A stretch of DNA of 64,000 bases. Source: Pecten maximus (taxonomy: Eukaryota). Shown piece by piece: positions 17,412 to 30,468 of the stretch. Location: contig NC_047019.1 in the NCBI RefSeq assembly GCF_902652985.1, positions 14,570,001 to 14,634,000 on the forward strand. Reading direction: 5' to 3'. Within the stretch, counting starts at the first letter, position 1, and each line of letters starts with the position of its first letter. The translations under genes were made by a program, and so were the position numbers. The notes beneath the pieces were generated by a model, which saw nothing but the letters and a program-made list of their open reading frames with translations, searched no databases and was not told the DNA's origin.

Positions 17412-17978
17412 TTTTATGTACACTATTGCCTCACTCCAAAAGTTACATAGTTTACACTATTACCACTCTCTAAAAGTTACACACTTTACACTATTACCAC
17501 TCTCTAAAAGTTACAGTTTACAATATTACCACTATCCAAAAGTTACAGTTTACACTATTACCACCCTTCAAAAGTTACAGTTTACACTATTACCACTATC
17601 CAAAAGTTACACAGTTTACAATATTGCCTCACTCTAGAAGTTGCATAGTTTACACTATTACCGCCGTTCAAAAGTTACATACTTTGCACTCTTACCGCCC
17701 TCCAAAAGTAACCTGCTTTACACTATTACCACCCTCCAAAAGTTACATACTTTATCCTATTACAACCCTCCAAAAGTTACATATTTTACCCTATTACCAC
17801 CTTCCAGAAGTTACCTACTTTACACTATTACCATCCCCCAAAATTTACATACTTTACACTATTTCCGCCCTCCAAAATTTACATATTTTATACTATTACC
17901 ACCCTTCAAAAGTAACCTGCTTTACGCTATTACCACCCTCCAAAAGTTACATACTTTACACTATTACCACCTCCAAAA
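17412..17978. repeat. Minisatellite, 32-34-bp unit
   Basis: Repeated actttacactattaccaccctccaaaagttacat; explains the ORFs at 17416-18042. Confidence 0.9.
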
Positions 17979-18664
17979 TATTTTAATAATTAATTTCATC
18001 TATTTACTTTTTCAAGGTATGTACGTGTGTGTACCAACATAAGTTTACATATTTTGTTTGCTGGATGTCATTTCCTCTAACACCTGTTGTGCTCACCATT
18101 TATTGGCCCTGGTAGCCTATTACAGCTGTATTAAGTGTTGATGGGCCATCAAGACCAAAACACCAATTATGATAATTGTATCCCGCAATGCATCGTGCAT
18201 CGTCTCTATAAAAGGTCTATAAGCAATCATTAGTAGGACGCCGATATCATTGTTTTTATTTGTTGATAATTACATATCGTGGACAATCTTATTAAAACAC
18301 AAATCATTATACACTACGTTATGAAGATCTAAAGTTGGTCGGTAAGGGGTCATGTTCAGGTGACCTTTCAACCAACCAATCAAACACATTAAAGAATACA
18401 AACATACAAACTAAATCATAATACCAACTCTAAATCGATATAGATTTGCATATAGAAGGAGAATAAGACAAATTGCTACAGTGGAGTAGGTGTCTTCGTC
18501 GACCCCACCCGCCTACATCTATGTCAAATCCGGGTTACTTTCTCAAAATTAGCACTAGGGTTGAAGATGATCGGCTTCATATCGCATAAGAAAATAGAAT
18601 GTTTAAAAGTGATATACATTATGTCGATATAAAATGTCCCCGTTCCATCGCCAACCCACTTCTC

Positions 18665-19127
18665 TCGAGACGCAGGACATAGAATTGTATCTGCTGTACC
18701 TTTTGTGTGATCGTAAGAATCAACTAAACATGAGATGATATTTTCTCTCTTTTTTTTTAAACAACTTTCTTTTTCCTAAATGCCTCGCTTTTTGGCCATT
18801 AGTTGCATGTTCACTCCTGTTAGGAAGGCAAGCAAGAGTCTATAAATGTGATAGTTGCTACTCTGCTAAACGATCGTTAGTCTTGCAGTGGGACGACTGG
18901 TTCGCCTTTGTCAGTACAACGTGATCAGGTGAGGTGCCTTGCTGTATGTCCGACAGTATATTTCAAAGGGATAGCACTATAAAGTCAGCCTCAATTCCGC
19001 GCTATCACAAGGATTAAAAAATAGTTTCCAAAAATACATACACATACGCATCTCGCACTCAGGAGAGGCTGCGTCCTTAAATGACCTCAGCTGTTGTTGG
19101 GGTTTTAAACAATTTAAATCCAACCAA
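18665..19127 (+). mobile_element. Diverged SINE family A copy
   Basis: agaattgtatctgctg..tgatcgtaaga..gacgactggttcgcc..tccttaaatgacctcagctgtt. Boundaries approximate. Confidence 0.7.
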
Positions 19128-19469
19128 AGCAATCATTAATCTACCAAATTCATTGATTATACTGAATCTGATTGTCCTCAAACTTCATACACTTACTTGC
19201 TACTATGCCACATGATCTCGTGAATGAATTTGCCTTTCAATGTCCGCAGATCCAAATTGAGGTCACTCTTGCTATAAATAGATTTCCATCGTCCTAGCTC
19301 TACCATCTTCGTCCTTCAAACTCTTACTCATAAATGGTATCGCTTGTGATGATATTTAACGGTAAGTTGTCCTGGGCGGTGTCGTGATTCGACAATTCTT
19401 ACCATATTTTATGGTGCGTGTGCCAATGTTGAATAGCGAGGGGATTGCCTTTATTCTACCAACAACTGA

Positions 19470-19939
19470 GATCATTCTTGGACGGCCTCCCCTGTGCCCG
19501 AGATGCATGCGTGTGGTAAATGTGTGCGTGTGTGAGTGTGCGTGTGTGTGTGTGTTGGGAGGCTGTGTTATGCCTTTGTGATAGCGCGGAGTTGACGTCG
19601 ACTCTATAGAGCTACCTTACTGAATCATACTGTTGAAGACAACCCGGCAGGACACCCCACCCGGACACATTACACTGACAACGGCCGAACCAGTCGTCCC
19701 ACTCCCAAAAATACTGAACGCTAAGCAGGAGAAGCATGCCTCGGCCAGTGGACACAGTCCAAAAGTTACCTCGCAGGGGCGAGTGCTCATCTATAAAGGG
19801 CCAAAGGTGATACACTGTCAACGAAGGCACGAGGAAGAATAAAGATGCTATAAAGAAGAGAAAATACAAGATCCCAAAAAGTCGCGTAATACAAGTACGC
19901 ATAGGTGACAGCAGGTATAATTCTAACGCCCTACCTGCC
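19470..19939 (-). mobile_element. Diverged SINE family A copy
   Basis: ggacggcctccc..cacccggacacattacactgacaacggccgaaccagtcgt..gcaggtataattctaacgccctacctgc. Confidence 0.75.
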
Positions 19940-20450
19940 TAAGATGCCTTGTTGAAATCGAAACAATAAAAGTCGATAAGAAATACAAAAATTATCAAAT
20001 TTTAGTATTGATTGTATTTTATCACTATAAACAATTGCGTCTATAATTTTAAGAAGGTCTTAAACATATAATATGATAGAATGATGAAATTTTATTTATC
20101 TACTCGAATTGTTTATTCGTCACGATTGACGTCTGTACATCGCCAAAAGCTCGGTATTTAAGAATGAAAAAAACCCAACTAAATCTTAGACTCGTTCCAT
20201 CAATCTCATACACAAAAGAACTGTAATATTTAATATCGGGTAAAAGTATTTTGAAATGTTATGTTATAAGTTAATGCATAGTTATTGAATTTGCCACATT
20301 TCCGCTTGAATACTGCCTTGAATGTCATTATTAATCTGTTTAATTGTGAAATGAGGTTTTTTCACCCATTCATATATTCCTTGATGGTAAATTTATCTTA
20401 AAAGTAATATTTTCAAGTAAAATGGACAAAGAAAATATAACGTTGTACTC

Positions 20451-20762
20451 TGCCAATTAAGAAACAATGCCTCATACCTAAATTCAGATCTTCATAAAGA
20501 TCACCTGGTTGAATCAGCAGCATGTGTATGTAACTATGAAAATGAAAATATTCAACATTTCATGTTTGAATGTCCTTTATTTAATAATACTAGACAACAT
20601 CTAATTCAAAGCTTAGCACAAATAAACACTCAAGATGATCAAAATCACTATAATATTAATGCTCTTCTAAAAGGATGTAATCTAAGTAACAATAATGTCA
20701 ATATTGACATAATAAAATGTGTAACACTGTACATACATGAAACTGGAAGATTTGATATTTGA
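20451..20762 (+). mobile_element. 5'-truncated non-LTR retrotransposon fragment (ORF2 C-terminus, CR1/L2-group-like)
   Basis: The frame reads QLRNNASYLNSDL..CVCNYENENIQHFMFECPLFNNTRQHL..ALLKG..IIKCVTLYIHETGRF*, the typical zinc-knuckle-like C-terminal signature, followed by a T-rich tail. Confidence 0.65.
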
Positions 20763-22099
20763 TATGCATAATCCCCCATTTTTATTTTTTCATTTTATTC
20801 TTTATTTAAACTTATTTAGTTAGGTAGCATAGTGGTAGAGAATGGACTGGATGGAAATGGGCATTATTGTAATATAGTTTATATAATATACATGTTAAAT
20901 CGAGGTAACTTCTACAGCAGCAATTTTAGACTGAACATATAATTTGTAAGCGTTACTGTAACTCCACTCACAAACTATATACAGTATACCTCTCTGGTGG
21001 AATTGGGTTTTGACCTATACTATGCTCAACACATAATCACGTGTGTCTTAGTCCGAACGCACCGGTAGTAGTTTTATATGTATAAGAAAGAGGTGTTCCG
21101 AAAACGGTCAAGTGACTATTAGTAACATGCCTTGGAATAGCTGTGATCTTTTGGATTATGTTTGGGGATAAAACAATACCAATGTTTTTCGTGTTTCCTA
21201 TCACAACTGAGTAGTCCGTGATTCAGACAGTGTCTGATTTACAGAGTAAGAAATAAGTGGATAGTTCAGTGATGTTGGATTAAACTGAAGGTAAGACGTA
21301 TGCGGTGAAATTGTTACCCTTGTAAATAAGTTCCGCGCACCTGTCAAAAACTGTATTCTCGGTGTCTTCACGTATAGTTCTTTTGTTTGAATCTTGGTCT
21401 ATTTCTCGAAAGGAGTTTTTGCTTCTTATTCATCCTCATACGCAATGATATTTCCCATGGCGGTATATGGCAATATATTTACCGTGTTAATTTGCTGGCC
21501 ACTGGCTTGTTCTTTTTTATCATCGTGTTAATTCGCCTGTCAAACTTTTGTTTATTTTGATGCTTGTCTATTTTCATTAAAACGTTTTTCATTTTTCTGA
21601 TAATTTGTGATTTCTTTGATCTTAAACCACATTGAATACCTACTCGGCCTATCTTTGTATCGACATAGATGTCTTATGCTCTTGTATACTATAATCTTGC
21701 TGTATCATTTCTAATGTAAGTCAATAAAATTCTACAAGAGTGACAAGTTTTCTTCTAGTTTGTAAGGATAAATGTGAATAGACTTTTATGGTTTCGAAAT
21801 GCTCTTTATAAAATTTCATCGAGATATGATACTCTAGGTATGCCCAGTCACTATACACACAGAAACCCTTGATGACAGAAAGGTGTAGTGGTACAGGTAA
21901 ATTTGTTATCTGAATATTTTCCTTCGTAAAGAATTAATCTTTTAGTAAATCATTCGTCCACCGCTAAGTTAATGCTACGTGTATTACATAATATTTCTTC
22001 GTGCGTGTTCAAATTCTGTTTTGTTGTACTCGCTTATTGTATAATATATGGTCAAGTTAATTGACTCGCATGTTGTTAATTTCTTACAGATAAACGACC

Positions 22100-23443
22100 A
22101 TGACCATGTCTGCTTACTGGGAAACTCTACCGGAAGTTGTACTTGGCAAGGTGTTCAGAGACTTGGATGTTGTTGGTAAAATCGCAGTACGGTCCACGTG
22201 CTTGAACTGGCAACGTGCGTCTTCTCGACCGGAAGTCTGGAAATGTTTTTCATATTCTGAGAAGAATGTATGGGAATCGTTGTTTCCGTTAGGTATGCCT
22301 GCATCTATAGAGGATTTTGAAAGTTATCGGAAGTTTCATGAAGAGTTGTTGTTCTGTGTCCGCATATTTGGAGAATTCTTCAAAAACGTTGAACTGGAAC
22401 TAAAGGGTACCCAATCATGGGAAGTGTTTGAGTGTCTGTCAAAAGTGAGCCACAGAGTTGATTCTTTTACGCTTCTGAAACGGATTGAAGGGGAGACATT
22501 TTCAGTTCCCCTGAAAACAGCCATTTTTGAATTCTGTAAAAGAAATGTGAAAATTACAAACGTGCATATAGATGATCTGAACTTTCAGGGACAGAAGAAC
22601 GAAGCCCTTCCTCTTGGTTTGATACATTCCACCTGTTTACAAAAGCTGCGGGTCGTCAACTCATTCAAAGGTTGTTCATTGAGCAATTTAATGTATTTAG
22701 TGAATTTGAAGGAACTTACAATTAATCCTAACCAGATGAATTTCAGTTTGTTAAAACATTTAGCTGGGTGCTCGCTACGACACCTACACATTGTGGCCAA
22801 CTACAAAACTAAAGACTTCTACAACGAGGCGTTGAGCGACTTCCACTGGAAGGAGATACGGAAATGCGGGCCAAACCTCCGCGTCGACTGCCGACTGGCT
22901 GTCTTACACGAGTGGACGGAGAAGGAGGTGCTGTTGAAGGCGAACATGCCATTAGCATCACTTGTGTACCGGAAGAACCGTTGGGTGAAGTGCTGGTCGG
23001 AGCTTAGTCGTATACTCGGTAACTATAGGGAGACATTGGAGGAACTGGTGGATTTCAGTTTAAGCGAACGCGTGTACAGGCCCTCGGAACACATGGAATA
23101 TTCTGACAGGATTGATGAACATATCTTAGACATCGTCAGATGCTGTCCAAAGCTTTCCACATTCACGGTCAAAGAAACACTCTCAAGTGCAACCATTCTT
23201 CTCATTGCTTTTCAGAAAAGAAATTTTCCAAATTTATTCATTCGAGAGGATATGGTAACATACCTAAATGATCTACCTGACGATATAACGGAAGATATGG
23301 ACGCCAAGAATTTCGTCGACAACAACTGGCAGAGAGGGATGTTCTGTCGAGCAATGTCTTGCCTACTTGGCCGGGAGTGGCGCCCGCTTGACAAAGAAGA
23401 GTATTACCAATTGGTCCAGGAAAAATACAGCGAATTGTTTTGA
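22100..23443 (+). CDS. F-box / leucine-rich-repeat-like protein (FBXL-like), single coding exon, 447 aa
   Basis: N-terminal F-box WETLPEVVLGKVFRDLDVVGKIAVRSTCLNWQRASSRPEVWK; LRR-like segments (LVNLKELTI, SLRHLHI, CCPKLSTFTV). Acceptor ttcttacag at 22089 and candidate 5'UTR donor gaag|gtaaga at about 21290. Confidence 0.85.
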   Translation: MTMSAYWETLPEVVLGKVFRDLDVVGKIAVRSTCLNWQRASSRPEVWKCFSYSEKNVWESLFPLGMPASIEDFESYRKFHEELLFCVRIFGEFFKNVELELKGTQSWEVFECLSKVSHRVDSFTLLKRIEGETFSVPLKTAIFEFCKRNVKITNVHIDDLNFQGQKNEALPLGLIHSTCLQKLRVVNSFKGCSLSNLMYLVNLKELTINPNQMNFSLLKHLAGCSLRHLHIVANYKTKDFYNEALSDFHWKEIRKCGPNLRVDCRLAVLHEWTEKEVLLKANMPLASLVYRKNRWVKCWSELSRILGNYRETLEELVDFSLSERVYRPSEHMEYSDRIDEHILDIVRCCPKLSTFTVKETLSSATILLIAFQKRNFPNLFIREDMVTYLNDLPDDITEDMDAKNFVDNNWQRGMFCRAMSCLLGREWRPLDKEEYYQLVQEKYSELF

Positions 23444-23705
23444 TTCCCAAGTTTTCATACTATTTAAGAAATTGTTGTATATTTTCTCACAATGTTCCCA
23501 ACAATGGTTAACCAACCTCACGTCATTGTTATTCAAACAAAAATGCAGCATTGCATTCATTGTCCTTCATTTTATCTCGGCATAGTTGACAATCCTTATG
23601 AGGTGATCAGATTTATTACCATGCTTTTGTGATCCTTATAAGTATATTCATTTTAAAATTCGATGAGAAATTCGAAATGAGGATCTCCATCATGCATTGA
23701 TTCCA

Positions 23706-24568
23706 TTGGCTCGTTGACTGAAACTTGATGTTTGTTGATCGCGTATGCCACACCGTGGCATCCGTCGTCCGTCAACAATTGACTTCTTCATTACCGCTGA
23801 TTGAAATTTGACCAAAATTGATCAGAAGCATCCTTATGGGGTGTGGACTCAAAATTGTACAACTGATGAGGCTGAACACCCCCCCCCCCCCCCCCCCCCT
23901 GAACTAAAGGGCTGACCCCCTGGGGACTTGGGGGCTTGGCCAAAATGGGTCAATTTGGCTATATTGATATAAGTAATTTCTTCTCTGAAACCGAGCAATG
24001 AATATCGCTAGTATTTGCCTGATAGCATTTCTATGGATTGGAGATTTATTTGTACAAATAGTGGGACTGACCCCTGAGGACCTGGGGCGGGGCCAAAATA
24101 GGTCAATTTGGCTTGGATATCGCTGATTTTCCCTGGTAGCGTCAATATGGAATGGGTATCCAAAATTTTACAAATGGCTGGCTGATTTCACGGGGACCTA
24201 GGGGGTGGGGCCAAAATGGGTCAATTTGGCTATGTCAATATCAATGACCTCTTCTCTGAAACCGAGCAGGGATATCGCTCATATTTGCCTGGTAGCATTT
24301 ATACGGGATGGGGATCTAAAATTGTACAAATGGTGGGGCTGACACCTCTCCGGGAGCCTGGGGGCCGAAGTGGGTCAATTTATATCAATTTGACTGTATT
24401 TGATATAAACGACTTCTTTAAGACAAAGCAATGCTTTTTGTTATATACCGATTATTTCAATTTGAGATCCTTAACTAGGAAAGTGATTATTATATAATTC
24501 AAATAGAAGTTTTTGTCATATTTGGTGAAATATCCAGGTGAGCGATACAGACACTTGGGCCTCTTGTT
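23706..24568 (+). mobile_element. Non-autonomous Helentron-like element (HINE/pearl type) with internal tandem units
   Basis: 5' tccgtcgtccgtc microsatellite seed, 4-5 internal units of about 130-140 bp (ggggccaaaatgggtcaatttggcta..), 3' end caggtgagcgatacag..gggcctcttgtt. Confidence 0.6.
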
Positions 24569-24700
24569 GTATTCTTATATTTTTTGTTATTTGAAAATTT
24601 TATTGTGATATTAACCAGTATATTGTAGTTATATTGTTTATTTAAATATGAAATAAACTTTTATTTGTGAAACTAACCGATACATTACACGACGTGTTAA

Positions 24701-27317
24701 CTTCGTACGTCATATTACAACACAATTTTCGTACCTTATATTACAACACAATTTTCGTACCTTATATTACAACACAATTTTCGTACCTTATATTACAACA
24801 CAAACTTCGTACGTCATATTACAACACAATTTTCGTACCTTATATTACAACACAATTTTCGTACCTTATATTACAACACAAACCTCGTACCTTATATTAC
24901 AACACAAACCTCGTACCTTATATTACAACACAAACCTCGTACCTTATATTACAGCACAAACCTCATACCTTATATTACAACATAACCTACTTTGTACGTT
25001 ATATTACAACACGAACTACTTCGTACCTTATATTACAACACAAACCTCGGACCTTATATTACAACACGAACTTCGTACGTTATATTACAACACAAACCTC
25101 GTACCTTATATTACAACACAAACCTCGGACCTTATATTACAACACAAACCTCGGACCTTATATTACAACACAAACCTCGGACCTTATATTACAACACGAA
25201 CTTCGTACGTTATATTACAACACAAACCTCGGACCTTATATTACAACACAAACCTCGGACCTTATTTTACAACACGAACTTCGTACGTTATATAACAACA
25301 CAAACCTCGTACCTTATATTACAACACAAACTTCGTACGTTATATTACAACACGAACTACTTCGTACGTTATATTACAACACATACTTCGTACCTTATAT
25401 TACAACACAAACCTCGTACCTTATATTACAACACAAACTTCGTACCTTATATTATAATACAAACCTCGTACCTTATATTATAATACAGACCTCGTACCTT
25501 ATATTACAACACAAACCTCGTACCTTATATTACAACACAAACTTCGTACCTTATATTACAACACAAACTTCGTACCTTATATTACAACACAAACCTCGTA
25601 CCTTATATTACAACACGAACTACTTCGTACGTCATATTACAACACAATTTTCGTACCTTATATTACAACACAATTTTCGTACCTTATATTACAACACAAT
25701 TTTCGTACCTTATATTACAACACAAACCTCGTACCTTATATTACAACACAAACCTCGTACCTTATATTACAACACAAACCTCGTACCTTATATTACAGCA
25801 CAAACCTCATACCTTATATTACAACATAACCTACTTTGTACGTTATATTACAACACGAACTACTTCGTACCTTATATTACAACACAAACCTCGGACCTTA
25901 TATTACAACACGAACTTCGTACGTTATATTACAACACAAACCTCGTACCTTATATTACAACACAAACCTCGGACCTTATATTACAACACAAACCTCGGAC
26001 CTTATATTACAACACGAACTTCGTACGTTATATTACAACACAAACCTCGTACCTTATATTACAACACAAACCTCGGACCTTATATTACAACACAAACCTC
26101 GGACCTTATATTACAACACAAACCTCGGACCTTATATTACAACACGAACTTCGTACGTTATATTACAACACAAACCTCGGACCTTATATTACAACACAAA
26201 CCTCGGACCTTATATTACAACACGAACTTCGTACGTTATATTACAACACAAACCTCGTACCTTATATTACAACACAAACCTCGGACCTTATATTACAACA
26301 CAAACCTCGGACCTTATATTACAACACAAACCTCGGACCTTATATTACAACACGAACTTCGTACGTTATATTACAACACAAACCTCGGACCTTATATTAC
26401 AACACAAACCTCGTACCTTATATTACAACACAAACCTCGTACCTTATATTACAACACAAACTTCGTACCTTATATTACAACACAAACCTCGTACCTTATA
26501 TTACAACACAAACTTCGTACCTTATATTACAACACAAACTTCGTACCTTATATTACAACACAAACCTCGTACCTTATATTACAACACAAACTTCGTACCT
26601 TATATTACAACACAAACCTCGTACCTTATATTACAACACAAACCTCGTACCTTACATTACAACACAAACCTCGTACCTTATATTACAACACAAACTTCGT
26701 ACCTTATATTACAACACAAACCTCGTACCTTATATTACAACACGAACTTCGTACCTTATGTTACAACACGAACTACTTCGTACCTTATATTACAACACAA
26801 ACCTCGTACCTTATATTACAACACAAACTTCGTACCTTATATTACAACACAAACCTCGTACCTTATATTACAACACAAACCTCGTACCTTACATTACAAC
26901 ACAAACCTCGTACCTTATATTACAACACAAACTTCGTACCTTACATTACAACACAAACTCCGTACCTTATATTACAACATAAACCTCATACCTTATATTA
27001 CAACACAAACCTCGTACCTTATATTACAACACAAACCTCGTACCTTATATTACAACACAAACCTCGGACCTTATATTACAACACAAACCTCGTACCTTAT
27101 ATTACAACACAAACTTCGTACCTTATATTACAACACGAACTTCGTACCTTACATTACAACACAAACCTCGTACCTTACATTACAACACAAACTTCGTACG
27201 TTATATTACAAGACAAACTCCGTACCTTATATTACAACACAAACCTCGTACCTTACATTACAACACAAACTTCGTACCTTACATTACAACACAAACTCCG
27301 TACCTTATATTACAACA
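24701..27317. repeat. 26-bp minisatellite array, about 100 copies, with an 844-bp higher-order duplication
   Basis: Unit cgtaccttatattacaacacaaacct. The rare variant block cataacctactttgtacg recurs at about 24985 and about 25829, and identical ORF starts lie at 24992 and 25836. Confidence 0.97.
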
Positions 27318-29230
27318 AGGCTAGATGAAGCAAAGATGATTAGAATTAAACAAGGAATCAACTGTCTAATGACCAAGGTCACTGGGTCAAAAGTAAGTGA
27401 CATTTGGTTGAAAAGGTCAACCTCAAAGTGGATCTCTAAATGTGACCCTGGTTCTTAGAGGGAGATGTATTTGGGATTAAAATGAAACAAAACAAATCTA
27501 ACGATCTTTTGTCATTCGGGTACTTCAAATTTGCTAGCCCTACAGATATAGAGGCGGGCGTGTGTGATGTATATTTTTCTCCCTTGCCCATGATAGGACA
27601 CTTGCTGGCCTCGGTGTTTTAGCTTTATTTTGGGTTTGATCCAGAAAACAAAATGGCTGACAGTTGAATTTTTGTATTACATTTCTATTTCACTATCTTT
27701 GAATTCATACCGGTATGTTGGTTCCTCTTGTCTCAAGCTTCATATGTAGGCTTCCCTTGATCCGTAGTTGTGCCCATTTGATTTTGAGTCTGATCCAGAA
27801 ACAAATTGCTGACAGTTAAAGTTTAGCATAGTTCTTTCTGATTCACGGAAAATTCACCTCTAAGATATCTCTTAGATTTCATATGAAGCCTTCCTTGTTA
27901 CTGGATGAATAAAGTAGAAAAAAAAAGATCATAAACCAAACATGTAAAGATCTTTTAGTGGTGATCAAAAGATTCCTCTTTGATCTCTTGTTTACCTTCT
28001 TTGGTCAGTATCACTTTGAGGAGGAGGACCAGAGCTTCTGTCTGGTTATTCTACCAAAATAAAAAAAAGATTGCTTACGTACACTTTCGCTCTCTGCACT
28101 CCTGGAATATGTCGTGGCAAAACTGTAGGCACTGCCCCCTCGTGGATGAAACAAAAAGATTAATTTGGTCCTTTGATGTACATCAAACGAATTCAGAAGT
28201 CGCCGTATCGTTTAATTGACTTGAATTTGGATTTGGTTGTCGTTCCTCTATGGTATCCGGCGTAATGATTGCTCAGGGTTTTTACCTGCCACCAATCAAA
28301 TAGCTAGTAATGAGCCTTCGATGTTGCTATGACACTATTACAGGGGTGTAGAGAACTGAAGTGATGGTAACCCCTGGAGTATCGAGGATGATTAATGGAT
28401 TACTGGTGTACGTTATATGATCAGTCGCGTCCCTTCTTTATCATTGTGGAATATTCCGGGTTAAGTGTTTCTAATCTAATGATATCACCAAGGCCTGACA
28501 ATACAGATAGTGTGTAATGTAGATGGTGGTTTTATCTAATATGGTTAGTATTTTGATGTCTTAAATACGTGTTCACTTTCTCCACGATCAATTAATTTGT
28601 GCTTGCAGGCATCACTCAGCATTTCCACTGCTTCATTATAACTACTCAAAGCGATGGAAGTATCTTTTCAGAAAAAAAAAAGGAGTTGATGTTTAGGGGC
28701 CGTTTATGTATATTTAAGGCCAAAATACAGTTGTCTTGTTCCCTTTCTTATAAAGACCGACGCTTTAATGTTTATGCTCACTAACCAATAGTAAATATAA
28801 TTACTTGCAAAACCACAGTATACCGTAGTAAAACCAATCGGGGAAGCTGTACTGGGAATTGACAACCTATTACAATAGGTGTGCCGGGGAGTGACAGCAA
28901 TGCCAATCACAGAAGTTGTACTGGGGAGTGACAACCAATCAGGGTGTGCTGTGCTGGAGAGCCACAACCAATCAGAGTAATATTATGGTACTGAGGAGTG
29001 AGAACCAGTTAAATTAGTTGAACTGAGGAGCGACAACCAATCAGAGTGCGTGTACTGGTTTTGTGATGTATTGCTTTACGTCATACCAACATCTTTGGTC
29101 ATTTAATTATTGTCTCCCCTGTGTGCGAAATGTTCCATCGAGAGAGCGCGAATCTGATGCCGACTTTATAGTGTTATCTCACAGAAGCATACTGCTGAAG
29201 ACATCCTACTTTACCTGGTCACGTTATACT

Positions 29231-29366
29231 TTTTTTTTTTTACGTCCTTTTAACAGCCATGGTCATTTAAGGACGTGCCAGGTTTGGAGGTGGAGGAAAG
29301 CCGGAGTACCCGGAGAAAAACCACCGGCCTACGGTCAGTACCTGGCAACTGCCCCACGTAGGTTTC
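29231..29366 (-). mobile_element. 5'-truncated V-domain-like SINE (family B)
   Basis: Reverse complement of the 3' part of the 51269 element; TSD acgttatact at 29221-29230 and 29367-29376. Confidence 0.85.
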
Positions 29367-29376
29367 ACGTTATACT

Positions 29377-30468
29377 TGTAACAGTGTCATTATTTAATGA
29401 CATTTGGGTATTATTTAGATTTATCCATTTTTGTACTACTGTGCATGTACAGGCTCCGTATTTATCATATGTATATGTGTACGCAGTTGTATCGTATGCT
29501 ATTTATATATATATGTAAACCTGTTTAACAGGTCAGAGGTCAGAGTTATTTTTATAGTAGAGTGACCATGGGTCAATGCGCACCCGCGCTTTTTAGGGTA
29601 GCGTCACTCCCGTACTAGGCACCGTTGTGAGTGGACGTGTATATGTCGCGTCTATATATTTAGCGCATCCGTGTTGTACCAATCTACATCACTGTGAGTA
29701 CTTCATAATTTCTAACTTTAATGTATATTGTATTGTATGTAGTAATATTTGGATATGTTGAATGTCAATTATTTCCTTTATAAATTAATTGAAATAATTT
29801 ACTTATTGGTAAAGATTGTCCAGAAATTGAATTTCCCGCCACTTTCTTATTATTTATTCTGTGTGGATAAACGTTTTGGTCTAGCTGATAGGCGTTATGC
29901 ATTTAGCCTTTTATATTAAACATTGTAGTTAGTATACGGTGCTAGTACATGTTAGTAAATATTGTTTATTTTATTATTGTAGCATTTATATGCGCTGTAA
30001 TATTGTACGGGTTGTCTCCCCGGGAGTCGAGCCCTCTTCGTCAAATGAAGAGGTAGGTTTTTTATATGGCTCCATTTATATTGTGTTGGTAGCATCATTT
30101 TTAAGAATATCCATGTACATGAGAAATTGTCATTGTTTGTATAAGCGTTACGCACTTGCTACTTTGTCAGATCTGTAATGTGCATAGTTCAGTATTAGTT
30201 GTAACGTTTATGATTACGCCTGGGTTAGTAGGTGTTCTTGAATCTTAGGTTCTAAGCGTTATGCTTCCGGTTGCGTCAGGTGCGTACACCTGTCGTGTTA
30301 TTGTGGGATGGATTATTCCACTTTGAGATTGTAACTATTTTACTTACTGTTGTTATTTGTTATTTTAGGGTGTTTTATGGACTAATAAATTATGAATTGG
30401 AACTCAAGCGTTGGAGTCATGGTGTAGACAATTTGAATAACCGACCCGGCTCAAAACGACCGGTTACA
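29377..30468. mobile_element. Solo LTR (1092 bp), Gypsy-like
   Basis: TGTAAC..GTTACA termini, 4-bp TSD TACT (29373-29376, 30469-30472), no coding region, AATAAA near the right end. Confidence 0.75.

Noticed and set aside
24667-27458. 771-aa, 540-aa and 163-aa ORFs
   Set aside because: They are translations of the 26-bp minisatellite, with no ATG context or domain. It is not a CRISPR array either, because there are no unique spacers.
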